Shown piece after piece: positions 36,601 through 47,273 of a stretch of 58,046 nt of DNA. Under the pieces are notes generated by a model. The model saw only the letters and a program-made list of their open reading frames with translations. It was not told where the DNA came from and made no database searches. The stretch spans positions 36,582,305-36,640,350 of the forward strand of contig NC_068985.1 in the NCBI RefSeq assembly GCF_001194135.2, in the 5' to 3' direction. The DNA is from Octopus bimaculoides. Taxonomy: Eukaryota. A program made the position numbers and the translations under genes. Each line of letters starts with the position of its first letter. The stretch's first letter is position 1.

Positions 36601-39129
36601 ATTATGGCATATATGTCTGTGGGATGCTCAGCTATTTGTATCTAACAAATGAATCCCCATTGGCAAACAACAGAAATTCACCACTGCTCCTGTACACTGT
36701 AACCGTGATGGACTAAGTAGCCTTCTGACCGGGGAGAATGTTGGCCAGCAGGATGGCATCATTTGAGAGCTAAAACAATGCAAAGCACATATGACCAGTG
36801 ACATATAAACGACACCCAAGAGTTTGGTTAATACTGTATTTAGAGGTCACACTAAAGTAAGAGCAATAATAAATCTGAAGTGAAGAGTACGTGGATTTAA
36901 ATGGCAAAAAAGGAAGACCATCCAGAAATATAACAATATCTAGGAGAGTATTGTAGCTCGCTTGAAGCATTGTCTGTTTCAACACACGATTTCACATCGG
37001 GAATATTGTATTATCTATAAAACAAATTCATAAAAATAAAAAAAAATTGGGGAGGAGAGGAAGTCTTTCCCTCTATACTTCTGCCGAGTACAAATTTATT
37101 CTTATACAAGAATGTTGTTGACAGTAACTTTGAAGAGTTGGCTAGCTAAGCCATTGTCACAGATTTCGAAGAATAACAGATAATGAATGATATCAATCAA
37201 AATAATGGCTCACCTTTCTGAAACGAGCTTTCAGAGTAATTTCCCGCAGTAATATGACAAAGTGAAATTAAAGTGTTCATTCATATCGTGTGTGCAAATA
37301 AATACACGCTTTACTTGTGGCAATAATGCCGTTTGTTTTTAAAAAATCCATTATTTTCTCTGGAGCAAGCTGCTTCAATATTTCCTCAAATGAACACTTT
37401 AATTTCACTTTGTCATACCACTGCGGGAAATTACTCTGAAAGAAATCTTTTCCGAAATGCGAATAGATTGATTACATATTTCTTTCATTATATGATTGCA
37501 GTTTTGTGAGATTTGGCTGTTATTTCTAGCATGTGAATAGCCTGCTTGAAGGCCAAGGCCGTAGAATCGGGGGGGAGAGGAGCAATTGAAATTTTGAAAA
37601 ATTTTGGTAAATTTTCAAATTANNNNNNNNNNNNNNNNNNNNNNNNNNNNNNNNNNNNNNNNNNNNNNNNNNNNNNNNNNNNNNNNNNNNNNNNNNNNNN
37701 NNNNNNNNNNNNNNNNNNNNNNNNNNNNNNNNNNNNNNNNNNNNNNNNNNNNNNNNNNNNNNNNNNNNNNNNNNNNNNNNNNNNNNNNNNNNNNNNNNNN
37801 NNNNNNNNNNNNNNNNNNNNNNNNNNNNNNNNNNNNNNNNNNNNNNNNNNNNNNNNNNNNNNNNNNNNNNNNNNNNNNNNNNNNNNNNNNNNNNNNNNNN
37901 NNNNNNNNNNNNNNNNNNNNNNNNNNNNNNNNNNNNNNNNNNNNNNNNNNNNNNNNNNNNNNNNNNNNNNNNNNNNNNNNNNNNNNNNNNNNNNNNNNNN
38001 NNNNNNNNNNNNNNNNNNNNNNNNNNNNNNNNNNNNNNNNNNNNNNNNNNNNNNNNNNNNNNNNNNNNNNNNNNNNNNNNNNNNNNNTTTTTTTTCATAT
38101 TCGTTTTCCACACACTTGTTAACCCCCCCCTCTCCCCAGGGTGGCTTATTATTATTATTATTTTTTGTTTCCGGGTGAAAGCCTTTATATTGACCATCTA
38201 TTTCTGCCAGCCGAATGAATAAAATAGCATTTAACATTTTTATTCTTGCAAGTGGTGCCCTAGATATTACCTCATAAAAATCCAAAATTTACACTGCGCC
38301 ATCCCACAAATATATAAATATACTGCATTTTAGGTTGTTTGGAAAATATTCTTCTAGAATAGATATTTAGTAAATCAAAAATAATCTAGGGTTTTGTTGT
38401 TATTATTATTAAAGCGGCGAGCTGGCAGAATTGTTAACACACCAGGCAAAATGCATAGCATTTCGTCTACACACACACATATATGAAAGCTAATCGCAAT
38501 TAATTCAAATATCTAATACTAATAAATTTTTAACTTAGTAACAAAATCATTTCCCCCTATCTCCCTCTAAACTTAGCAAGCTACTGTGACGAACATTGAA
38601 AATAACTTGTAATTAAATTATCATAATTTATGTCATTTCATTTCATTCCTTATCACTTTAATCCTATACGAATGTCGCTATGTTCCTTGTGACTGACTGA
38701 AAAGAAGTCAATATTAACCGACATAATTTATTCACATTATCATCGATTATTTTCATGAAATGACTTTAACACATGAAAAACTAATATTTAAAAAAATAAA
38801 ACGTAATGCTTTTAATTAAAGGATTCCATACAACATAAAGGGAATCATCTTCATTCAATATTTATAACAAAGAGATTTTTTTTTCCCGTGAAAATATTTC
38901 TCGACAGAATATCAAATAAATCTGATAAATGGAAGCGGTAAACTGTTACACAGCATACGACGAAAGAAATATGAACAAAGCTCCTTCCATATAAGTCAAT
39001 AACAAATAGAGAGTGGTATAAATAACAGAAAGATACATAAGAATAAACATATGAGATATAAAATAAATTTGTATAAATGAATTACTTGTCCTTTTCTGTG
39101 CCAAAAATTGATGCAAGATACTCAGCCAT
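18023..39129 (-). CDS. U2AF1: Splicing factor U2AF small subunit (U2AF35): complement(join 39129..39086, 36101..36014, 33048..32982, [optional 32735..32730], 25398..25322 OR 24522..24449, 20573..20502, 18611..18478, 18393..18295, 18203..18023); 252-255 aa depending on isoform
   Basis: The spliced product reads [44 protein letters not shown]...[35 protein letters not shown]...[55 protein letters not shown]...RS domain...RSGRF*. It has two CCCH fingers, a UHM and an RS tail. All junctions are GT-AG and in frame. Confidence 0.97.
18295..18393 (-). CDS. U2AF1: U2AF1 exon 7 (99 nt), ZnF2 end
   Basis: tcttttcag|AGAGTGCACT...CGAAA|gtaagt; [32 protein letters not shown]. Confidence 0.96.
18478..18611 (-). 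CDS. U2AF1: U2AF1 exon 6 (134 nt)
   Basis: catttcatttcag|TTTCGTTAT...ATGGG|gtaagg; [44 protein letters not shown]. Confidence 0.96.
20502..20573 (-). CDS. U2AF1: U2AF1 exon 5 (72 nt)
   Basis: cccttttttatag|TATGGTGAA...GTTAAG|gtaagc; [24 protein letters not shown]. Confidence 0.96.
24449..24522 (-). CDS. U2AF1: U2AF1 alternative exon 4b (74 nt, phase 1 to 0), paralog of 4a
   Basis: ctctgttttcgtttag|TCCAAATGGGA...GAAAAG|gtaacc; [24 protein letters not shown]. Confidence 0.9.
25322..25398 (-). CDS. U2AF1: U2AF1 alternative exon 4a (77 nt, phase 1 to 0)
   Basis: ttcttttcag|TGACAATGGAC...GACAAG|gtaacc; [25 protein letters not shown]. Confidence 0.92.
29880..30250 (-). mobile_element. Pogo/Tigger-like transposase remnant (CENP-B/Tc5 HTH region)
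   Basis: Frameshifted translation [63 protein letters not shown] resembles the pogo N-terminus ending in FKASxGWxxxF. Confidence 0.65.
32730..32735 (-). CDS. U2AF1: Predicted 6-nt in-frame U2AF1 microexon (TTCCTG)
   Basis: Minus strand gtgattttttttttgtttgcag|TTCCTG|gtaagtc; near-consensus acceptor and donor only 6 nt apart; frame-preserving (GSH-IPV-TM / GSH-IPV-QM). Confidence 0.7.
32982..33048 (-). CDS. U2AF1: U2AF1 exon 3 (67 nt)
   Basis: ttcttcatatag|ACAGTACTG...TCTCATA|gtaagt; [22 protein letters not shown]. Confidence 0.95.
33480..33830 (+). mobile_element. Older diverged copy of the same SINE family
   Basis: Degenerate head and tail matching 43822..44460. Confidence 0.7.
34758..35889 (+). 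mobile_element. Internally deleted piggyBac-family DNA transposon (1132 bp) with TTAA TSDs
   Basis: TTAA at 34754..57 and 35890..93; termini CCTTTTCGATACTG / CCCTTTCGTTACTA (11/14); remnant [55 protein letters not shown] at ~35250..35470. Confidence 0.88.
36014..36101 (-). CDS. U2AF1: U2AF1 exon 2 (88 nt), ZnF1
   Basis: cctttcaag|GGTTAATTGT...AGTCAG|gtatgt; [29 protein letters not shown]. Confidence 0.96.
37228..37442. repeat. Near-perfect inverted repeat, 54-bp arms, 107-nt spacer (U2AF1 intron 1)
   Basis: 37228..37281 vs reverse complement of 37389..37442 match 52/54. Confidence 0.92.
39086..39129 (-). CDS. U2AF1: U2AF1 exon 1 coding part (44 nt)
   Basis: aagATGGCTGAGTATCTTGCATCAATTTTTGGCACAGAAAAGGACAA|gtaatt = [14 protein letters not shown](K). 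Confidence 0.96.
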
Positions 39130-40000
39130 CTTTCCAACGTCTTCAGATTAGCTGAATTGTATTATGGGAAAATATTTTGACAATTTTTTTGTTATGTCTT
39201 TTCTCAAACAAACATTTTACTTTAATATAAACGGGATTAAATTTAGAATCAAAAGTCAGATAAAGAATAATTTTCTAAAACATACTTTTATGAAATAAAT
39301 ATCATCGGCTGAACCCGTAAATTAATGTTGATTAGCAAAGGGAGATAATCCGCTAGCTTTTAGTAACAATTTTATGTTAATTAAAAAAAAGTCATTTACG
39401 AACGATGTCACTTCAAGATCGTTAGATTAATTACTTTGATATATTACTACTTTTTGATTAAATCCTGATGCTGTTAACCTTGCCTTGCTTTGCCTTCATT
39501 CGGGCGCAATAAATAATTTTAGTACTATAGTGAGTTTGTGATAACGTTTTCATATTTCGGCAAAAAAATTTCATCGAACTTACTTTAACTACTATTAACC
39601 CTTGAACGGCGGGAAAGGGTTGCATGAATGTGTGTGCTAAACGGGCAAAAAAGAAAAATAAATAAAAGAATATTTTAATCAAAATTTAAAAAGTATTTAT
39701 TTTCACTTTAAAAGAGTACAAAAGCTATAATTATTAATCTCTTGTACAATAAAATTTACAATCTCCATATCGAAAAGTGCCTTAAAATATTCAATTTCTT
39801 TTGGTGATTGCTGTATCCATGTACAATTTTTGAAACATTCGCCGTGCTAGGGTTAAGAAGAGCCAGAAGAGAGCTAAATAGGATCTCGCTAAATAAAATA
39901 CTTTCGGTAATATACCAATTGGATTGACATAGTGGCAAGGTCTTCATATTTTTGTGAGGAATCGAGAACAGCTTTCTCCAAACGTGCACCTACTGCCTTT
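39130..40000. promoter_or_regulatory. Probable U2AF1 promoter, possibly bidirectional toward PEN-2
   Basis: Immediately upstream of the U2AF1 ATG; CpG dinucleotides look locally enriched (cgggcgc, cggcggg, cggctgaacccg) compared with the CpG-poor introns. Judged by eye only. Confidence 0.4.
39599..39852. mobile_element. TTAA-flanked MITE (piggyBac-type), 254 bp
   Basis: TTAA both sides; TIR CCCTTGAACGGCG / CCCTAGCACGGCG (11/13). Confidence 0.7.
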
Positions 40001-40194
40001 AAGAAAAAAAACATGAAGAGAAAAATTTAGTAACTTCAATTCGCACAAACAAATTTTATCTTCGATGTCACAGGTCTGGTAATAATACAACAAAATCCCT
40101 CAAATCTCTACGAATGCAATGACATGCAATATCTGAAGATTTCTTATAGCGACCTCACGCACTCACCCACATCCATATGCTTAACTACAAAGTA

Positions 40195-41300
40195 TATTTG
40201 TCACCCTCGACTTCAGCAAAACTTTCGATGTATGGCATGCGAATCTCTTATCTAAATCAATGAGCCCTATCCGTCTCTCATCTCTCGGATCAGTAGCATC
40301 TCTATCATATCGCAATACTGTCGCATGTGTTTTTTACGTTTCAAGTTTAAATTCCGTCGAGGTCACCTTGGCCTTTCATCCTTTCAGGGTTGAGCACTGG
40401 GTTCATGTAATCGACTTACTCCCGCCCACTAAATTACTGGTCTTGTTCCAAAATGTGAAACCAATATCACCGTATGGTATCTCCCTCATTCTATCAATTC
40501 TGGTGTGTCCCTGAATTTTATACCCACTATATTCTCTCTATACATTAATGATCTTCTGCACGCCCTACAACACTCACTCTTGCAAAGATGACAATACTTC
40601 ATCCCTCCCTAACATTCTCCAACTATACATCACCTCACGCTTGCAACCAAGGAAAATTCACGCCAAACTCACAACGACACTTTGAACAGAGATCTCGAAA
40701 GCAACCCTCCAGTGAGGATACAGCAATCTTGTCTTTTTCAACAAGAAAATACAAACGCTAGTCGTATTAAGAGAGCATCATTACACCACATCCTCTCAGT
40801 CATGAGTAACACTCAAATAGAACTTTCGAAGACTACTTGAATGTTTCTTATGACTGAGACCCAACAGTTAGGTGTCTCATTACCATTGGGGGGTCTCTTT
40901 TGTTAAAACCACTCCTTAACAGCGCAGAAGATACTTCAATCCCCAAACAGCAGTCAATATGCGACAAAGTTGATATTAGGCCTACAATAGATTCCTGCAC
41001 TCACATGCACACATCCTTGACCATATCTAGAAAAGGGTCACCCGACTGACTGGCATAAAATCACTTAGAAACACACTCCTATCACTAGGTCACAGGCGCT
41101 CTTACCATCGTTCTTTCTGTTTTTCTACCTTTACTACTCTCCTGAGTTGGGTGGGATCCACTCCAGCACTCTCATTCTACTCGTCATTTTCCCTCTCATC
41201 ACCCTTGTTATGTCTAATCCCCATCTCACGCACTAAACACAAGGTTCAGTCTTTCTTTCCAGAACGTCGGTCTTTCTGGATCCTTTCCAGCAGGTGTTGT
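40195..41300 (+). mobile_element. Decayed non-LTR retrotransposon RT (Jockey/CR1-like), interrupted by a SINE at ~40345..40460
   Basis: Translated fragments VTLDFSKTFDVWHANLLSK, INSGV, IFSLYINDLL and DDNT correspond to RT motifs LDxSKAFD / VPQG / LFxLYINDL / ADD. Confidence 0.7.
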
Positions 41301-43360
41301 CTTACTTGAGTTCAAGAGAAACGATAACGACATTTTTTATGTTGTGACTTTATTTCCATTTAGCAAAATTTATAACATAAAGGCATTATATAAAGGAGTC
41401 CATGATATGAAACCTCGACTATGTAATGTTATTTCCTTCCCTTTTTCTTTTACGTGATACTCATACCGTTGTATTATAATTTATTGTTCAGGAATGGCAA
41501 GCATACTTGACACACACCAAACAATCCCTTTCTTAATTTCCCTCTACTAAGAAATAAGCACAGCGAATAAGATACACAGAAAAAAAAACAAACAAAAAAA
41601 AAACGATAAGCTCAAGAATTAAAATGGATTATAATAGATTTGACAGCTACACTTGTGTTCTCTTGCAACTTTTGTTTCCTCGGAACTTCCAAAAAATGCC
41701 CATTTCCTAAAACAATTTTGCCGAGATAAGGGTGTAGATAATGATTATGTGAATAAAATGTAGGAAAAGAGAAAATTTTCATTATTGAACCATTCTTTCC
41801 CCCCAGCATTCGTCAATTAATTTCCGTAACTAGCATTTTTCAGTTTTTAATTTATTTTTTTCAGATATATATGGTTAAAACATACGTTCCCTTTACTTTA
41901 AAAAAATTCATTTGAGAATGTTTTTAAAGAGAGTTACGAGGAAACAAAGTCGAAAGTGGGTGAGAATGATCCCTAATCAACAGCGTCGAAAACATATTTC
42001 TGCAAATTTTCATTAAAAAAATTATGCATTTTTGAGAAAGATATGAAGAAACAAAGTCAGGAGATTAGGGGCACCAAACTATAGTTACGGCACACATTAG
42101 TGATAGTCATGACTATCATAGGTAACTAAAATTATTGATAACTATCGATAAAGAAAATATCAAACTGACACTAACAAGTACATTCGAGAGACAAAGCATT
42201 CCGCAGTAAATAAAGTATAAAAATCGAAATTTCCATAAATATTAACTTCATACAAAATATATATTTATACATTTATATATTTATGATAATAATAGTTCAC
42301 TTTATTTTTCTTGTTTTTCACTTGTTAAGTTGTGCAGAAGAAAATTATGTGCAATTCTAATAAAGTTACTTCCTGTTGTAAGTGTGTGTCATTAATTTAA
42401 AGGGAGTGACGTGACTCCCTACTCAATATTATCGCTAAAACCAAGTACGTACATATTTATTCTATATTATTAATTACTGTTTCAAAGTACATATAATTTT
42501 CTTTGTAATGATGAAGTTTTCCTTCTAAATTTTTAACTGCGACTAATATGAAAACAAAGCTCAAATAATACTGTCGTTTATTTTTTTCTATTCAAGAAAA
42601 AACTCATTGAATTTTAATTTTATTCCTTTTCAGTAATAGGTTGAACAGTAGATATATTTAATCTTTATAAACAGGGCTTAGCCATAAGTCAGTCCTAATT
42701 GTCTCCTTAGTAGTATCTTGGATTCCATTAATCAGCGTGTCCTTTAAAACATCAGGATGTTAATTCAAAGAGATTTGGCTGCCATTTCTAGCAGCTGGAA
42801 CGGTCATGTAGAGACTACCTACTTAACTCATATAAACAGTTTTTTTGTGCTCTACAGGGAATTACACTGGAGCAATGGAAACATGGGTTCAATTCCCCAT
42901 TAAGTTCTCACTTTTTATCAACCAAAAACAAAACAAAACAGAAACGAAAATCAGGCTATTGAAAAAATACGAAAATGTCAACTCAGTTTTATTTTTTCAA
43001 ATGTTATCTTACCTAAAGTTGTGCCTTGTTTTCAGAAACCTAAGATTCTTTTAACATTTCAGTTATAAACTTTTTAATATCGAGTTAATGAGCCTCTACG
43101 CGGCCTTTCAATTTGCTAGAATTAACTGCCAATTATTCCTCATATTACACGTTTACCGACTTCAAAACAATACATTGAACAGTGTAGTTTTGGACAAATA
43201 AAATCACGGTATTTGTCGTGGGTTGAATGTTTTGATTATTAGGTTTGCACGATCAAGATTGCTTTTGTTGCACAACTTGACAGGTACCAGTTACGATTGA
43301 CATACAGTTATTTTTATAAAAATATTTTGGTAATCTTCAAGTTTAGGGGGATAAAAAAAA

Positions 43361-43976
43361 TTTTGTCCACGTTTTCTTGTAATGTCCTGTACCCAGATAT
43401 GCATCTATATATACATAGGTATGTACATATGTATGCATATACTCACATATTATTTGTGAGTATATGCATACATCTCTGTTTATAAATAAATCATTCACGT
43501 GATTTGATTGACGTTAGAGTTAGGATGTGATTTATTTATAAACAGCTAGAAGAAAAGGATAATACTGATAAGCCGTTCAGTTATTTCCCTTGAATATTTT
43601 TATTTATTTTTTTTATTCCCCTAAACTTGAAGATTACCAAAATTTTTTATCATTGTTTTTATTTACATTCTCTGCTTTATCATTCCATGATGATAATGTA
43701 GAAAAAGAAAACATAACAATGGAAAAAAAATTCGGCATATCTACACAAGTGTGCCCCCCATCCGACTTTGTTTCCCTTATAACTTTCCTATAAATGGATA
43801 GTTTTTAATGAAATTTTCTACGAGTGGCTGTGTGGTAAATAGCTTGCTCACGAACCACATGGTTCCGGGTTCAGTTCCACTGCGTGGCACCTTGAGCAAG
43901 TGTCTTCTACTATAGCCTCGGGTCAACCAAAGCCTTGTGAGTGGATTTGGTTGACGGAGACAAAAAGAAGCCCGTC

Positions 43977-44034
<58 letters not shown>

Positions 44035-44138
44035 CAAATAATATGTGAGTATATGCATACATATGTACATACCTACATCTACATGTATATATAGATGCAT
44101 ATCTGGGTACAGGACATTACAAGAAAACGTGGACAAAA
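43361..44138. repeat. Inverted repeat with ~97-bp arms (43361..43457 and 44034..44138)
   Basis: Arms identical apart from one 8-nt indel. Confidence 0.88.
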
Positions 44139-44460
44139 TGAAAAACAGAACATAAACAGAGCACAGAAAACACACAGGCCACATAGAGAACATTTCCTTT
44201 ATCAGCTGTCACCATTCTAAAATTAAGCGTTTCGAAGAGTTAGGGCACATATATATATGTGTGTGTGTCTGTGTTTGTCCCTCCAACATCGCTTGACAAC
44301 CGATGCTGGTGTGTTTACGGTTCGGGAAAAGAGACCGATAGAATAAGTACTAATAAGTACTTGGCTTACGAAGAATAAGTCATGGGGTCGATTTGCTTGA
44401 CTAAAGGTGGTGCTCCAGCATGGCCACAATCAAATGACTGAAACAAGTAAAAGAGTAAAT
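43822..44460 (+). mobile_element. tRNA-derived SINE (same family) with an unrelated ~200-bp insert at ~44031..44235
   Basis: Head gagtggctgtgtggtaaatagcttgc..., (TA)n middle, tail ggtgctccagcatggccacaatcaaatgactgaaacaagtaaaagag. Confidence 0.85.
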
Positions 44461-45230
44461 ACCTTTCAGGTTGTTTAAATTACGACTGTATTTGAATCTG
44501 ATGTAAGAAGAGAAAAGAAAAAAAATTAGTGGGCGCACACACATAATTTTTTTTCAAGTTTCATTTAGTAGATATTTGTTATGTATGTCAGTATGTATGG
44601 GTGCACACCCACCAAATTTATTAGCATTGAATTCCAATATGATCGGAATCTACACTATCTAACAGGTATTTGTGGCTGTATGGTAAAAAAAACTTTATTC
44701 CCAGCCCTATGGTTACTAGTTCAGTCTCACTGTATGACACCTTGTGCAAGTGTCTTTTGACCCAAACCTTGTGAGTGGATTTGGTAGATGGATACTGAAA
44801 GAAGTCTGCTATGGATATATATATAATAATATCACTTAAACGACTCCGTCAGTCATGATTGATCATGAGTGCACCTAAGGGGTTCTCTTCCGGGGTACAA
44901 GTCTGGATGGAAAGTCGCCTCACCAGTGAACGCAGAACCTAGGGTAGTTTTCATGGAAGACCAGTAGTCGCCCATACATACCAGCCTCCCCTCTTCATGC
45001 TACCGATGTTATCCAAGTGACGTCGCAACTCCTTTCTAAAGCTGTGTGAACTGGAACAACGTGAAATAAAGTGTCTTGCTCAAGAACACAACATGCGGCC
45101 TGGTCCAGGAATTGAACTCACAACCTCACGATTGTAAGCTTGACGCTCTAACCACTGAGCCATGTTCCTTCATATATATATATTCATATATGTGGTGAAG
45201 CAACTGTTGCTGATCCCTTAATTATATATA

Positions 45231-45270
<40 letters not shown>

Positions 45271-46746
45271 NNNNNNNNNNNNNNNNNNNNNNNNNNNNNN
45301 NNNNNNNNNNNNNNNNNNNNNNNNNNNNNNNNNNNNNNNNNNNNNNNNNNNNNNNNNNNNNNNNNNNNNNNNNNNNNNNNNNNNNNNNNNNNNNNNNNNN
45401 NNNNNNNNNNNNNNNNNNNNNNNNNNNNNNNNNNNNNNNNNNNNNNNNNNNNNNNNNNNNNNNNNNNNNNNNNNNNNNNNNNNNNNNNNNNNNNNNNNNN
45501 NNNNNNNNNNNNNNNNNNNNNNNNNNNNNNNNNNNNNNNNNNNNNNNNNNNNNNNNNNNNNNNNNNNNNNNNNNNNNNNNNNNNNNNNNNNNNNNNNNNN
45601 NNNNNNNNNNNNNNNNNNNNNNNNNNNNNNNNNNNNNNNNNNNNNNNNNNNNNNNNNNNNNNNNNNNNNNNNNNNNNNNNNNNNNNNNNNNNNNNNNNNN
45701 NNNNNNNNNNNNNNNNNNNNNNNNNNNNNNNNNNNNNNNNNNNNNNNNNNNNNNNNNNNNNNNNNNNNNNNNNNNNNNNNNNNNNNNNNNNNNNNNNNNN
45801 NNNNNNNNNNNNNNNNNNNNNNNNNNNNNNNNNNNNNNNNNNNNNNNNNNNNNNNNNNNNNNNNNNNNNNNNNNNNNNNNNNNNNNNNNNNNNNNNNNNN
45901 NNNNNNNNNNNNNNNNNNNNNNNNNNNNNNNNNNNNNNNNNNNNNNNNNNNNNNNNNNNNNNNNNNNNNNNNNNNNNNNNNNNNNNNNNNNNNNNNNNNN
46001 NNNNNNNNNNNNNNNNNNNNNNNNNNNNNNNNNNNNNNNNNNNNNNNNNNNNNNNNNNNNNNNNNNNNNNNNNNNNNNNNNNNNNNNNNNNNNNNNNNNN
46101 NNNNNNNNNNNNNNNNNNNNNNNNNNNNNNNNNNNGTTAAACGATGATGATGATGATGATGATATATATATATATATATGTAGGAATATCTTTGTGTGTG
46201 TCTTTCTGTTTGTGTCCCCCCACCACCACTTGACAACCAGTGTTGGTGTGTTTGCCTTCTTGTAACTTAGTGGTTCAGGAAAAGAGACCAATAGAATAAG
46301 TACCAGGCTTAAAAAATAAGTACTGGGGTCGATTCATTTGACTAAAATTTCAAGTTAGTGCCTCAGGGTGGCCACAGTCTTATGACTGAAACAAGTAGAA
46401 AAAAAACCCCCCAGTATTTGTTTGTAAGTTACTAAGTTGTTAGTGGGGTGTGGGAGTACCCTTGTGTAGGTATGCCAAAAATTCAGTATACTATTTAGTA
46501 TACTATTCAGTATACTATAAAGATAAGTACCTCTTTGTCTTAGTCTCTGGGAAGATCAGTGTATCCCTTTGTAGCCCCAAAATGTCCATCTAAAGGTGTA
46601 CTCTTATATATTATGAGTTTGATGTTGCTTTACTTCTGTCCTAGTCAGTCCTGATTGATTTATGGTCAAACGCTATCCATATGTAACTATTCTCTCTAAT
46701 TGTATTTTTAGGCGATAGACTTAATCTGCCTCTCTGTTGCCTTTAA

Positions 46747-46963
46747 CTCTTTATCATTTAAACTGACCACATCTGACCCAACTATTGTACTTGTTTTATG
46801 TTCAAACTGGACAGGTCTAACCTTTCAACACCACTCCAGTGTCATTCTACAAATAAACAATCACATCATTGAATCTCAAAGCTACAAGATAATGCATGAT
46901 TAGTTCAAAACAATATGGATAAATAAACATTACATTTGACAATGTAATCTGATTGCTAAAAGG
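46747..46963 (+). mobile_element. MITE-like dispersed repeat; a truncated second copy lies inverted at ~12050..12230
   Basis: Shared ttttatgttcaaactgg...gataatgcatgatt...aataaataa.cattac..ttga between the two loci; starts after TTAA. Confidence 0.65.
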
Positions 46964-47132
46964 TTAGCAGAATCCAATTTGTTGTGAGCATTTGAGCCTG
47001 GATTCTGGCCTAAGAATAAACCTTTCTCCTATCAGTTTTGTGATCTTGAAAGGATCTGGGTGTTTACCTTTCATTCTCTGACTGTGTTATTAAACCAAAA
47101 ACAAACTGAAGTGCCTTTTTAGATTGCTAATT

Positions 47133-47165
<33 letters not shown>

Positions 47166-47273
47166 TGCGCACGCATGCTCACATTTGCAAACACTTCTAC
47201 AATATAATATGTATGTGAATATTTTGGCTTATATTGAAAACTATTGACGTATATTTAAAATTATCTTCTAGAC

